A stretch of 32,000 bases of DNA, taken from Nitrosomonas europaea. Its GTDB lineage: Bacteria > Pseudomonadota > Gammaproteobacteria > Burkholderiales > Nitrosomonadaceae. The stretch spans positions 53,649 through 85,648 of the forward strand of contig NZ_FUWK01000005.1 in NCBI RefSeq assembly GCF_900167395.1, given 5' to 3'. The notes under the pieces were generated by a model, which was not told where the DNA came from, did not search any database, and saw only the letters and a program-made list of their open reading frames with translations. Of this stretch, positions 10,215 through 19,520 are shown one piece after another (positions within the stretch are counted from its first letter, which is position 1; every line of letters starts with the position of its first letter). A program made the position numbers and the translations under genes.

Positions 10215-13004
10215 ATGTCCACACCCATTGATTCATCCCGGGCTGCATCCATAGTTGCCAGTATTCTGCCTTACAGCCGGTACCTGAAACGGACGCTGGC
10301 AAGCGAACCCGGCCTGCAGCAGGAACTGCTGGATCAATTACCGAATCCCTTTTTATGGGAGGAAATGCTCGACTTCCTGCAGCATCCTGCAATCTCTCTC
10401 GAAGATGAGGCAGATCTGCACCGGTTATTGCGCCAGTTGCGCAAACGCGTCATCCTACGGCTGGCCGCGCGTGATCTGGCCGGACTGGCTGATCTGAACG
10501 AGGTCATGACGACCATGACCGCACTGGCGGATACGACGATCCGGTTTGCACTGGAATTTCTCCACACAGCCATGACGCACCCCGGCCATTTTGGCAAACC
10601 GACCGGAGAAAAAACCGGCACGGAACAGCAGTTACTGATCGTAGCCATGGGAAAACTGGGGGGTGGCGAACTCAACGTATCCTCTGACGTGGATCTGATT
10701 TTTATCTATCCCGAAGATGGTGAAACAGATGGCAGAAAATCCATCACCAATCATGAATTTTTTGTCAGGCTGGGGCGCAAGCTGATTGCCAGCCTGAGCG
10801 ATTATACCGTGGACGGCTATGTATTTCGTGTTGACATGCGGTTGCGCCCGCACGGTGAAAACAGTCCGCTTGCCATCAGCCTGCCCATGCTTGAAGACTA
10901 TTTCATCACGCAGGGCCGTGAATGGGAACGGCATGCCTGGATCAAAAGCCGTGTCATCACCGGCTCATCGGTGGCCGAAGCCACGCTGATGGAGTTGATC
11001 GTACGCCCTTTCGTGTTCCGCAAATATCTGGATTTCGAAGCCTATGAAGCAATGCGCAGTCTGCATGCGCAGTTACGCAAGGAAGTCGATCGGCGCGAGC
11101 TGCACGACAATATAAAACTGGGCCCTGGCGGTATCCGGGAGATTGAATTCATCACTCAGGTATTCCAGTTGATCCGGGGCGGACGTGATGCCGATCTGTG
11201 CATTCGCCCCACACTGGGTGTCCTGCGACGGCTGCGGCAGAAACAACCCCTTCCCGGGCAGACGATCGAAGAACTGACCGAGGCTTACTGTTTCCTGCGC
11301 AAACTCGAGCATCGCCTGCAATATCTCGATGACCAGCAAACCCAGAATCTGCCGCAACATCCGGATGAGCAAACATTGATTGCAAGAAGTATGGGATTTA
11401 CCGGCTATGGCGATTTCCTCGATCATCTCGATCTGCACCGCCAGAACGTTACCCGTCATTTCGAACAGATTTTTGCGGCCCGCCGCAAATCTCCCCGACA
11501 CGATACATTTGCCCGGATCAGACCGGAACAGTCCGGCGATCATGAAACGGTCGAAGCCTTCAGCAAACAACTGCAAACACTGGGATACCTCGATCCCGGC
11601 AAAATTACCGCGCGCGTCCGGCAGTTTTACGACAGCACATTTTTCCGGCAACTGACCCACTCCAGCCAGGAACGCATATTCGAACTGATGCCCACACTGA
11701 TGGAGGTGATCGCCCGCTTCCCGCCTGTCGACATCACACTGGAACGCATACTGCGGTTACTCGAAAAAATCGGGCAATATCCAGCCTATCTCGCTTTGCT
11801 GCAGGAACATCCGCAAACACTGCCGCGTGTCGCCAAACTGGCCAGCGTCAGTCAATGGGCGAGTGATTATCTTGGCAGACACCCGATCCTGCTGGACGAA
11901 CTGCTTACATCATCCGGTCTGCACATCCTGCCCGACTGGCCCGCACTCAAAACCGAGCTCACTCACCAGTTGCATCACGTCAACATCCCTAAAGTGCAAA
12001 TGGTCGAATGGCAAATGGATGTATTGCGCCACTTCCAGCATGCACAGGTATTTCGCCTGCTCGTCACCGATCTCGAAGGGGATCTGTTACTGGAAAAACT
12101 CAGCGATCATCTGACCGAGCTGGCCGATCTCATCCTGGACAATGTGCTGCAACTCGCCTGGCAGGGATTGAAAAAGAAACATCGGGAATTGCCCGCTTTT
12201 GCCATCATCGGCTACGGCAAGCTGGGAGGAAAAGAGCTGGGCTACGCCTCCGATCTGGATATCGTGTTTCTCTACCGGGACGATCATCCCGATGCTGCAT
12301 CAATCTATACCAAACTGGCGCAGAACATCAATCTGTGGCTCACCAGCCATACCTCCGCCGGCATACTGTACGAGACCGATCTGCGATTGCGCCCGAACGG
12401 CACCAGTGGACTGCTGGTCAATTCTATCGAGGCTTTTACCCAGTATCAGTACGAACAAGCCTGGGTATGGGAACATCAGGCATTGACGCGGGCACGCTTC
12501 GTCGTCGGCGACCGTGAAGCAGGTGAAATGTTCGAGCAGATGCGCAAAAACATGCTGTGCCAGCCACGCGATCTGGTGAAACTGAAACGGGAGATTCTGA
12601 TGATGCGCAGCAAAATGCTGGAAGCACATCCCAATCCTACTCCGCTGTTCGATATCAAACACGACCGCGGCGGCATCATCGATGTCGAATTCATCGTGCA
12701 ATACCTGGTGCTGGGATATGCGCACCGTTACCCGCAACTGACCGGCAATATCGGCAACATTGCCTTGCTGAAGCTTGCCGGAGAACTTGGATTGACCTCC
12801 GCCGGGAAAGCAACCGCAGCACTCACCGCCTACCGTGAGCTCAGACGAACACAACATCAGCTCAGACTGAGTGGCACGCCCGAACCTGCCGGCACAGCTC
12901 TGTCCAGAGATGTATCTCAGAAATTTGCACGGGTAGCAAACAACCATTTAAGCGATGCCAGACAGGCAGTGTTTCAACTATGGGAAGATATTTTCGGAAC
13001 ATAA
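10215..13004 (+). CDS. glnE: bifunctional glutamine synthetase adenylyltransferase / adenylyl-removing enzyme
   Basis: The 929-aa product has two nucleotidyltransferase cores, GKLGGGELNVSSDVDLIFIY and GYGKLGGKELGYASDLDIVFLY, each followed by a DxRLRP motif. Confidence 0.95.
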   Translation: MSTPIDSSRAASIVASILPYSRYLKRTLASEPGLQQELLDQLPNPFLWEEMLDFLQHPAISLEDEADLHRLLRQLRKRVILRLAARDLAGLADLNEVMTTMTALADTTIRFALEFLHTAMTHPGHFGKPTGEKTGTEQQLLIVAMGKLGGGELNVSSDVDLIFIYPEDGETDGRKSITNHEFFVRLGRKLIASLSDYTVDGYVFRVDMRLRPHGENSPLAISLPMLEDYFITQGREWERHAWIKSRVITGSSVAEATLMELIVRPFVFRKYLDFEAYEAMRSLHAQLRKEVDRRELHDNIKLGPGGIREIEFITQVFQLIRGGRDADLCIRPTLGVLRRLRQKQPLPGQTIEELTEAYCFLRKLEHRLQYLDDQQTQNLPQHPDEQTLIARSMGFTGYGDFLDHLDLHRQNVTRHFEQIFAARRKSPRHDTFARIRPEQSGDHETVEAFSKQLQTLGYLDPGKITARVRQFYDSTFFRQLTHSSQERIFELMPTLMEVIARFPPVDITLERILRLLEKIGQYPAYLALLQEHPQTLPRVAKLASVSQWASDYLGRHPILLDELLTSSGLHILPDWPALKTELTHQLHHVNIPKVQMVEWQMDVLRHFQHAQVFRLLVTDLEGDLLLEKLSDHLTELADLILDNVLQLAWQGLKKKHRELPAFAIIGYGKLGGKELGYASDLDIVFLYRDDHPDAASIYTKLAQNINLWLTSHTSAGILYETDLRLRPNGTSGLLVNSIEAFTQYQYEQAWVWEHQALTRARFVVGDREAGEMFEQMRKNMLCQPRDLVKLKREILMMRSKMLEAHPNPTPLFDIKHDRGGIIDVEFIVQYLVLGYAHRYPQLTGNIGNIALLKLAGELGLTSAGKATAALTAYRELRRTQHQLRLSGTPEPAGTALSRDVSQKFARVANNHLSDARQAVFQLWEDIFGT

Positions 13005-13128
13005 AGACGACGGTTACAAACAGTGGTCAACACCGCCGGTATCACCCCACCTCTCTGAGTTTCCGGCTTTCGGTAATACAGGCAATGAGATAGAATCCTC
13101 CCGGCCTGTTTCACCCCGGAGTTTATCA

Positions 13129-15504
13129 GTGCGTGCATGTTATCCATTCCTGTGTTTGCTGAGCCTCATTTTTATGCTGTCTGCATGTCAGGACAGCAAG
13201 CCTCTATTATTCGACAACAACCCTACTCCGACTCCTGCTGATTTGCCGGCACCTGCCGGGCATCAGATCTCTTTTGCAAAAGAAGTCCAGCCGATCATCG
13301 AAACCAAGTGCCTTTCCTGTCACAGCTGTTTTGATGCACCCTGTCAGCTCAAACTGGAAAGTGCCGAGAGTCTGCTGCGTGGTGCTTCTCAGGAACCGGT
13401 ATACAGCAGTGCACGCACCACAGAGATGAAACCTACCCGCCTGGGCATCGACGAACTCACCGTCGCTGGCTGGCGCAAGCGGGGTTTTTATTCTGTGCTG
13501 CAATCAGACAGGGAACACGCTCAATCTCTGCTGAAAAATATGATCACTCTGGGGAAACAGTACCCGTTTCCGCCGAACAGCAAGCTGCCTGACTCGATCA
13601 AAACAGGTTTTGCACGCAAAAACCAGTGTGTCTCAGAAGAAGAATTTCCCGGCTATGCGCATGATCATCCATTTGAAGGTATGCCGTTTGGCACCAGCGG
13701 ACTGACCGATCGGGAATACTCACTCCTGGCCGGATGGCTGAATCAGGGAGCAGCAGTGACAGATGAACCCGTTACGCTGACACGGGATGAGGAACAAACG
13801 ATCCGGACATGGGAAACGCTGTTCAACCGGGATGACAAGCGTGGCCGGTTGGTAGCACGCTGGCTGTACGAACACCTGTTTCTGGCTTATCTGTATTTCC
13901 CGGAAGCAGGCGATGAGCCCCGTTTCTTTGAACTGCTGCGTTCATCCACCCCATCCGGCGAAGCCATCATCCCTGTTGCCACAGTCAGCCCGAATAGTGA
14001 TCCGGGCGGGCCATTCTTTTACCGCCTGCGTCCGATCTCGGGCACGATCGTGCACAAACGGCGTATCAGCTATCCACTCGACCAGATGAAACTGAGGCGC
14101 ATCAGTGAACTGTTTTTCAGTGAAGACTGGCCCGTGGGAGATCTGCCAGGGTATGACTATACGGAACGTTCCAATCCCTTTGTCACTTTTGCCGCCATAC
14201 CGGCGCGTGCACGTTACCAGTTCATGCTGGACGAGGCAGAGTATTTTGTGCGCACTTTCATTCACGGGCCAGTCTGCCGCGGCCAGATTGCAACCGATGT
14301 CATACGCGATCATTTCTGGACATTATTTCAGTCCCCGGAGTCCGATCTCTTCATTACAGCGGACACCTATCGAAGACAAGCCATTCCTTTGCTGGGAATC
14401 CCCGGGCAGGATGATGATCTGCTCGATGCCGGCGAGAACTGGTTGCGCTATCTCAAACGCCACAATGATTATCTGGCATTGCGCCAGCAGCATTATGTCG
14501 CGCAACAACCACAGGGTGCGTCACTGGCCCATATCTGGAATGGTGATGGTCACAACGAAAATGCGCTGCTGACCATTTTCCGCCATCACAATAGTGCTTC
14601 TGTCGTAAGAGGACTGGCCGGTGCTGTTCCGCAGACCATCTGGCTGATGGATTATCCATTACTGGAGCAGACCTACTATCAGCTGGTCGTCAATTTCAAT
14701 GTATTCGGCAACGTTGCACATCAAGTCCTGACCCGGCTTTACTTCGATCTGATCCGTAATGGTTCGGAACAGAATTTTGTGCGTCTGCTTCCAGCCGGGC
14801 AGCGTAAAACCATATTGAACGACTGGTACCAGGATCTGGGTAAACTGAAGTTCGGTATCGTTTACGAGGATATTGACGATCGATCTCCCTCAGCGGAGCG
14901 CTTCGTCACAGAAAACCCGAAACTGGAACTGGCATCACACATGCTTGAACGTTTCCAGTCCATCAACACCCTGTCACATGATCCATTGAATCGCTGCGAA
15001 CAAGGAAACTGCAGTCGTATTGACCAGCCGCACTGGATACAGCAAGCTGATCGTGCATTATCAGGTATTGCGGCACAGCCTGCTGCCAGTCTGCCGGGAA
15101 TCAGCCTGCTTCCGGAAGTGACATTCGTACGCGTCCAGCATGGACAGAATGAACGCACCGTTTATACCCTGCTGAGAGATCGCGCTCACAGTAATGTCGC
15201 CTTCATGCTGGGTGAAGAACTGCGCTATCAGCCTGAAAAAGATCGCGTTACCGTTTATCCCGGCATTACCGGCAGCTATCCCAATTTCATGTTCGATGTT
15301 CCTGCTGCACAAGTTGGGGAGTTCGTAGCGAAATTGAGTAAAGCAGGAAAAATAAAGGACTTTGAACAGATCGTGGAAACCTGGGGAATACGGCGCACGC
15401 ACCCGCAATTCTGGGAAATTCTGCACGACATCACCGCCTGGCAAAAACAGCAGCAACCTTTACAGGCGGGAATCTTCGATATCAACCGGTATGAGAATTT
15501 TTAG
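13129..15504 (+). CDS. cti: fatty acid cis/trans isomerase (CTI family), heme-c, predicted lipoprotein
   Basis: The ORF is open from 12955, but that start overlaps glnE by 50 nt. The in-frame GTG at 13129 gives VRACYPFLCLLSLIFMLSAC, a signal peptide with an L-S-A-C lipobox. The CXXCH heme-c site (CLSCH) follows about 45 residues later. Length and motifs such as YPLLEQTYYQLVVNFNVFGNVAHQ fit the CTI family. The exact start is uncertain. Confidence 0.75.
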   Translation: MRACYPFLCLLSLIFMLSACQDSKPLLFDNNPTPTPADLPAPAGHQISFAKEVQPIIETKCLSCHSCFDAPCQLKLESAESLLRGASQEPVYSSARTTEMKPTRLGIDELTVAGWRKRGFYSVLQSDREHAQSLLKNMITLGKQYPFPPNSKLPDSIKTGFARKNQCVSEEEFPGYAHDHPFEGMPFGTSGLTDREYSLLAGWLNQGAAVTDEPVTLTRDEEQTIRTWETLFNRDDKRGRLVARWLYEHLFLAYLYFPEAGDEPRFFELLRSSTPSGEAIIPVATVSPNSDPGGPFFYRLRPISGTIVHKRRISYPLDQMKLRRISELFFSEDWPVGDLPGYDYTERSNPFVTFAAIPARARYQFMLDEAEYFVRTFIHGPVCRGQIATDVIRDHFWTLFQSPESDLFITADTYRRQAIPLLGIPGQDDDLLDAGENWLRYLKRHNDYLALRQQHYVAQQPQGASLAHIWNGDGHNENALLTIFRHHNSASVVRGLAGAVPQTIWLMDYPLLEQTYYQLVVNFNVFGNVAHQVLTRLYFDLIRNGSEQNFVRLLPAGQRKTILNDWYQDLGKLKFGIVYEDIDDRSPSAERFVTENPKLELASHMLERFQSINTLSHDPLNRCEQGNCSRIDQPHWIQQADRALSGIAAQPAASLPGISLLPEVTFVRVQHGQNERTVYTLLRDRAHSNVAFMLGEELRYQPEKDRVTVYPGITGSYPNFMFDVPAAQVGEFVAKLSKAGKIKDFEQIVETWGIRRTHPQFWEILHDITAWQKQQQPLQAGIFDINRYENF

Positions 15505-15512
15505 GGAAACCG

Positions 15513-17306
15513 TCAATCACCCATGACCACACCCTCACGGCGCGGATCGGTTCCACCGAAATATCCACCAGGGATTCGTTGAATGGCTTGCAAGCCGCTG
15601 GTCATATCCATTTCCTGAACATTGTGCCCTTTGGCTTCGAGCGCTTTGACGGTCGCAGCAGGAAAGCCTTTTTCCTCCAGTAATGTAAAACTGTTTGCCG
15701 AACCGAAGTTGGGAAGATCGATGGCCTGCTGCATATTCAGGCCCCAATGCAAGGTTCCCCACAATATCTTTGCGATGTAGTGGATGATGAAAGCACCGCC
15801 AGGGCTGCCGCCGACCATGACAAGCTGGCCGGTGGCTTTGTCGAACACCAGAGTGGGCGACATGGATGAACGCGGACGCTTGCCCGGTTGCACACGATTG
15901 GCGACAAAGTTCCCCTGCGCATCGCGTGGCGTGAAGCTAAAATCGGTCAGTTCGTTGTTGAGCAGGAAACCCCTGACCATCTGCCGCGAGCCGAAAGCAT
16001 TTTCAATGGTGGTGGTCAGCGCCACCGCATGCCCCTGAGCATCGACGATACTGATATGACTGGTACCGTATTCCGGCTGATCAGGCATAGGGGCAAGATT
16101 GATTCGCATCCCTTCCGGTTGCCCGGGTCGGGTTACCTTCATCGGCCGATCACCGATCAGTCGCGCCCGCCCGGCCAGATAGCCCGGAGATAACAGGCTC
16201 ATCCAGGCGCCTGCGGGCGGTGCCACGAAGTCGGGATCACCCACATATTTCGCGCGGTCGGCAAATGCCAGGCGTGCAGCCTCGGTGTAGAAATGCAACC
16301 AGTCGGCCGTCGGCAGGCCGTCGCTACTCAAAGGCAGCGCAGCACCGGGCGTATTTTGCAGGATGCCGAATATCTGGCCAATGGCGATGGCACCAGAGCC
16401 GGGTGGCGGGAAACCACATAGCCGGTACACCTTCGGCGGTACGGCATGATCGTGACAGAGTGGCTCACGCTTGCGTGGCTGATACCTGGCCAGATCAGCC
16501 AGGGTGATCTCCCCCGGATTAGTAACATGCGAACGCACCTTATCGACGATGGACTGAGCCACCGGGCCTTCCAGCAATGCCATGGAGCCATGCATCGCAA
16601 TACCTCTCAGCACCCGAGCCAGCTCAGGATTCCTGAGAACATGCCCGACCGGCCACGGCTGCCCGTTACTGTCGTAGAAGTAAGCTGCAGCCTCCGGATC
16701 TTGCCTGAGGTATCGATCCGCAGCCAGCATCGTGTTAAGACGGGCACTGACCTTGAATCCCTGCTCGGCCAGGCGGATGGCAGGCTCGAACAGAGTAGCC
16801 CAGGGCAGTTTCCCGTGCTGCTGGTGTACCTGCTCCAGCATGCGAACAACACCAGGTACGCCGACCGAGCGTCCACCCACAGCACCTTCCATGAACGACA
16901 TGGGCTTGCCATCAGGCTTGAGAAACAGATCTTCATTGGCTGCAGCAGGAGCAGTCTCGCGGCCATCGTATGCCTCGACCGATTCGCCATCGAAGTACAT
17001 CAGGAACGCACCACCACCAATGCCACTGGATTGCGGTTCAACCAGCGTAAGTACCATCTGCACAGCGACGGCGGCATCCAGGGCACTGCCTCCAGCCTTG
17101 AGGATCTGATAACCCGCATCAGTCGCCAGCGGATTGGCGACCGCCACGGCAAACGTAGCAGTCTGCCAGCCTGGTTTTTCGGTATAACCGGACGAACCTT
17201 CCGGTTGAACCGGAACGGTGTAGTTCAGGCGGGCGGGCTGAGTGTTACATGCAACCAGTAGTACCGTTAAGAGTAAGGTGGCCAGTTTGATGCGAAAAAT
17301 CCACAT
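15513..17306 (-). CDS. ggt: gamma-glutamyltransferase, predicted lipoprotein
   Basis: The 597-aa product has the autoprocessing and nucleophile site EYGTSHISIVD and a GGSPGG motif. The signal peptide is MWIFRIKLATLLLTVLLVAC, with lipobox L-V-A-C. An AGGAGA SD lies upstream. Confidence 0.95.
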   Translation of the reverse strand: MWIFRIKLATLLLTVLLVACNTQPARLNYTVPVQPEGSSGYTEKPGWQTATFAVAVANPLATDAGYQILKAGGSALDAAVAVQMVLTLVEPQSSGIGGGAFLMYFDGESVEAYDGRETAPAAANEDLFLKPDGKPMSFMEGAVGGRSVGVPGVVRMLEQVHQQHGKLPWATLFEPAIRLAEQGFKVSARLNTMLAADRYLRQDPEAAAYFYDSNGQPWPVGHVLRNPELARVLRGIAMHGSMALLEGPVAQSIVDKVRSHVTNPGEITLADLARYQPRKREPLCHDHAVPPKVYRLCGFPPPGSGAIAIGQIFGILQNTPGAALPLSSDGLPTADWLHFYTEAARLAFADRAKYVGDPDFVAPPAGAWMSLLSPGYLAGRARLIGDRPMKVTRPGQPEGMRINLAPMPDQPEYGTSHISIVDAQGHAVALTTTIENAFGSRQMVRGFLLNNELTDFSFTPRDAQGNFVANRVQPGKRPRSSMSPTLVFDKATGQLVMVGGSPGGAFIIHYIAKILWGTLHWGLNMQQAIDLPNFGSANSFTLLEEKGFPAATVKALEAKGHNVQEMDMTSGLQAIQRIPGGYFGGTDPRREGVVMGD

Positions 17307-17547
17307 AGAAATTCTCTCCTATGGAGTTAGCGCGCGATGATGATGATCATGGCCTTCATCCGCGGAACTGCTACCGGAAAATATCTGAATCTCACATGCT
17401 GATACTGGAATAATCCCAACATTTCGCGTACCAGGCGTTGGATACTTGATGGAGAGATGCCTCAGAACCCGTTCAAAATAGTCTGACGGAGAACAGAATG
17501 ATATGGAAATGATCAGTCCGGAACGATTGATCTAATTCCAAGAATAG

Positions 17548-17624
17548 TGGGGTGGCTGATGGGACTCGAACCCACGACAACCGGAATCACAATCCGGGAC
17601 TCTACCAACTGAGCTACAGCCACC
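17548..17624 (-). tRNA. tRNA-His (GUG)
   Basis: The reverse complement is GGTGGCTGTAGCTCAGTTGGTAGAGTCCCGGATTGTGATTCCGGTTGTCGTGGGTTCGAGTCCCATCAGCCACCCCA. It folds as a cloverleaf with the His-specific extra 5-prime G, anticodon loop TTGTGAT and an encoded CCA. It is almost identical to E. coli tRNA-His. Confidence 0.95.
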
Positions 17625-17674
17625 ATGGATCTGAAAGACTAACTTGATCTGATCAGGACAGATCTGATCAGTTT

Positions 17675-17751
17675 TGGCGTGCCCGACAGGAATCGAACCT
17701 GTAACCCCCAGCTTAGAAGGCTGGTGCTCTATCCGGTTGAGCTACGGGCAC
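17675..17751 (-). tRNA. tRNA-Arg (UCU)
   Basis: The reverse complement is GTGCCCGTAGCTCAACCGGATAGAGCACCAGCCTTCTAAGCTGGGGGTTACAGGTTCGATTCCTGTCGGGCACGCCA. The acceptor stem pairs GTGCCCG with CGGGCAC, the anticodon stem CCAGC/GCTGG carries loop CTTCTAA, and CCA is encoded. Confidence 0.95.
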
Positions 17752-17795
17752 TGCTACTCAAACCGGGCTTTGGCCCGTATCAATGACACGAAAAC

Positions 17796-17872
17796 TGGTC
17801 GGGGTGGAGAGATTTGAACTCCCGACATCCTGGTCCCAAACCAGGCGCGCTACCAGGCTACGCTACACCCCG
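17796..17872 (-). tRNA. tRNA-Pro (UGG)
   Basis: The reverse complement is CGGGGTGTAGCGTAGCCTGGTAGCGCGCCTGGTTTGGGACCAGGATGTCGGGAGTTCAAATCTCTCCACCCCGACCA. The anticodon stem CCTGG/CCAGG carries loop TTTGGGA, and CCA is encoded. Confidence 0.95.
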
Positions 17873-17883
17873 GAAAAGTCGGC

Positions 17884-17912
17884 ACTATACCGATTAACAG
17901 GCCCAGCGTCAA
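17884..17912 (-). promoter_or_regulatory. sigma70-type promoter of the tRNA Pro-Arg-His operon
   Basis: The minus strand reads TTGACG (17912-17907), a 17-nt spacer, then TATAGT (17889-17884). A GC-rich discriminator GCCGAC follows, and the tRNA-Pro 5-prime end lies 11 nt after the -10 element. Confidence 0.55.
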
Positions 17913-17981
17913 TCAAACTCCACATCCATACAACAGTAAAATTGATTTACTCCTGACTCTCTGTCGTTAAGAAATGATTTT

Positions 17982-19520
17982 TTACTGAAAGAGTGATTTC
18001 AAATTGCTTATGAGGCCAAGTTCTCTAAGCCAGCTCATTGATAACGTATTCGCACTCAGATTGGCATCGCAGAATGCTGCTTTACCCTGATTGCTCCAGC
18101 ATACGTACTCTACTTCTCCACCAGGTTTGCCAAAAATCTCATACACAGCCGACATAATCGGTACATGGTCTCCAAACCAGCACAAACTTGCAGGCTGCCT
18201 GCATTCCGCCAATGTTTGGCGCAATCGGGCAACCATTTGATCAGCATTACGTAAGTGACGAAGATAAATCGTCAAATCATCACAGCCTGCGGGCGGCGGT
18301 TCGGTATACAACGACTCGATGTCTGAATGAGCCACCTGCTCAAGATGTAACGGCCCGTGGTTCTCCATGGTAATGACAAAGATAAAGAGCGGGCCCGCAG
18401 CATCTCGTAAAATAGCACCCACTTTATCAGCGACAGCAGCATCACCGATATAAGGGCCAGACCGCATCGTATCGTCAAATGTACGGATATCGAGAAATTC
18501 ATCAAAACCGAGGCAGGGGTATACCCGGTCACGCCGATAAAAACTCGCCGGATAAGGATGAATACAAACCGTACGATAACCCAGGCTCTTCAGAAAGGAT
18601 GCCAGTGATGGGATGTTCCAGCCGGCCGCTATAGCACGATAGGGATTGAAACGATGAACACCCAGCCCATCCTCACCAATCCCGGAAAGAAAAGCGAATT
18701 CGGTACGTACCGTATTGGCTCCCCAGGCAGGTACCTTTAATCTGCCATGAAATAAAGCCTCTTTCTTAAGGCGATCAAACTCAGCCAGTACATCCGGTCG
18801 GATCCCTGGAAACAACGGCCGGGGATCGAAGAAAGATTCACTTTGGATAGCCACCAGATGAGGCAAATCATTCATCTGACGTTCTGATACAGAAAAATCA
18901 AATGGGGAAGGTATTTTCAAGGGCGTTCTTTCCTCCCGTCCATAACGCCAGAAGCTGGCCAGCAAACCCAGCGCAACGACATCCTGCCGTGGATTAAAAC
19001 TTACCGGGAGTGATTCATGGTTACCCGCCAGCAGAAACAGTATCCCCAATAGAGACAAGACCAGGATTCCACCCAACTGACCGGACAATATAAATTGTTG
19101 TTCAGGAACAGATTCTCCCCATAATCCAATGGATACAGCCAGAATAAACCCGGCTGCCGCACCGAGAAACTTCCACCAGCCTAAAAACGGAATATAAAGA
19201 CGCGGATGCCGGATTGCATCAGTGAAGTATTCATAATCCTGAAAAACAAAAGGTTCATGCAGCGACTTCACCTTGGCGTTATTCACCAACACCAGCATCA
19301 GCATAAAAGCTGAAACAATCGCAACAGAAAACCATGGACGACCTGAAACCAGGGTTATCAGAGAATAAGACAGAAACCATAATCCGCCATGTAATGCCCA
19401 GGCCGCCCAGGGTCTCGCAAGTACCGGACGTGGAACCATCAGGCGTTCAATGATTACCGACAGTACCAGACCCGTCAGTGAAGCAGTCAATACTGAAATA
19501 AAGCTTTCCTCAGCCACCAT
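17982..19520 (-). CDS. LtaS/OpgB/BcsG-like membrane-anchored alkaline-phosphatase-superfamily (sulfatase-fold) transferase
   Basis: The N-terminal third has about 5 hydrophobic helices, with NNAKVKSLHEPFVFQDYEYF after helix 3, as in the LtaS family. The C-terminal domain contains PAWGANTVRTEFAFLSG (the Thr nucleophile context of sulfatase-fold phosphotransferases), ENHGP and WFGDHVP. The ORF is open to the GTG at 19583. I prefer the ATG at 19520, which overlaps the SDR stop by 11 nt. The start is uncertain. Confidence 0.72.
   Translation of the reverse strand: MVAEESFISVLTASLTGLVLSVIIERLMVPRPVLARPWAAWALHGGLWFLSYSLITLVSGRPWFSVAIVSAFMLMLVLVNNAKVKSLHEPFVFQDYEYFTDAIRHPRLYIPFLGWWKFLGAAAGFILAVSIGLWGESVPEQQFILSGQLGGILVLSLLGILFLLAGNHESLPVSFNPRQDVVALGLLASFWRYGREERTPLKIPSPFDFSVSERQMNDLPHLVAIQSESFFDPRPLFPGIRPDVLAEFDRLKKEALFHGRLKVPAWGANTVRTEFAFLSGIGEDGLGVHRFNPYRAIAAGWNIPSLASFLKSLGYRTVCIHPYPASFYRRDRVYPCLGFDEFLDIRTFDDTMRSGPYIGDAAVADKVGAILRDAAGPLFIFVITMENHGPLHLEQVAHSDIESLYTEPPPAGCDDLTIYLRHLRNADQMVARLRQTLAECRQPASLCWFGDHVPIMSAVYEIFGKPGGEVEYVCWSNQGKAAFCDANLSANTLSMSWLRELGLISNLKSLFQ

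Noticed and set aside
10016-10252. 78-aa minus-strand ORF ending 4 nt before the yhdP ATG (possible upstream small protein coupled to yhdP)
   Set aside because: No SD precedes any of its Met codons. It overlaps the glnE start and the probable divergent promoter region, and I see no recognisable motif. I cannot support it from sequence alone. Ribosome profiling could revisit it.
12955-13128. The ORF-track start of the cti gene at 12955
   Set aside because: It would overlap glnE by 50 nt and add 58 residues with no signal-peptide character ahead of a clear lipoprotein signal sequence. The in-frame GTG at 13129 is the better start, though it is unverified.
17320-17412. 30-aa plus-strand ORF (MELARDDDDHGLHPRN...) between ggt and tRNA-His
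   Set aside because: It has no SD. The purine-rich sequence nearby is the ggt SD on the other strand. There is no conservation signal I can assess, so it is likely a chance ORF.
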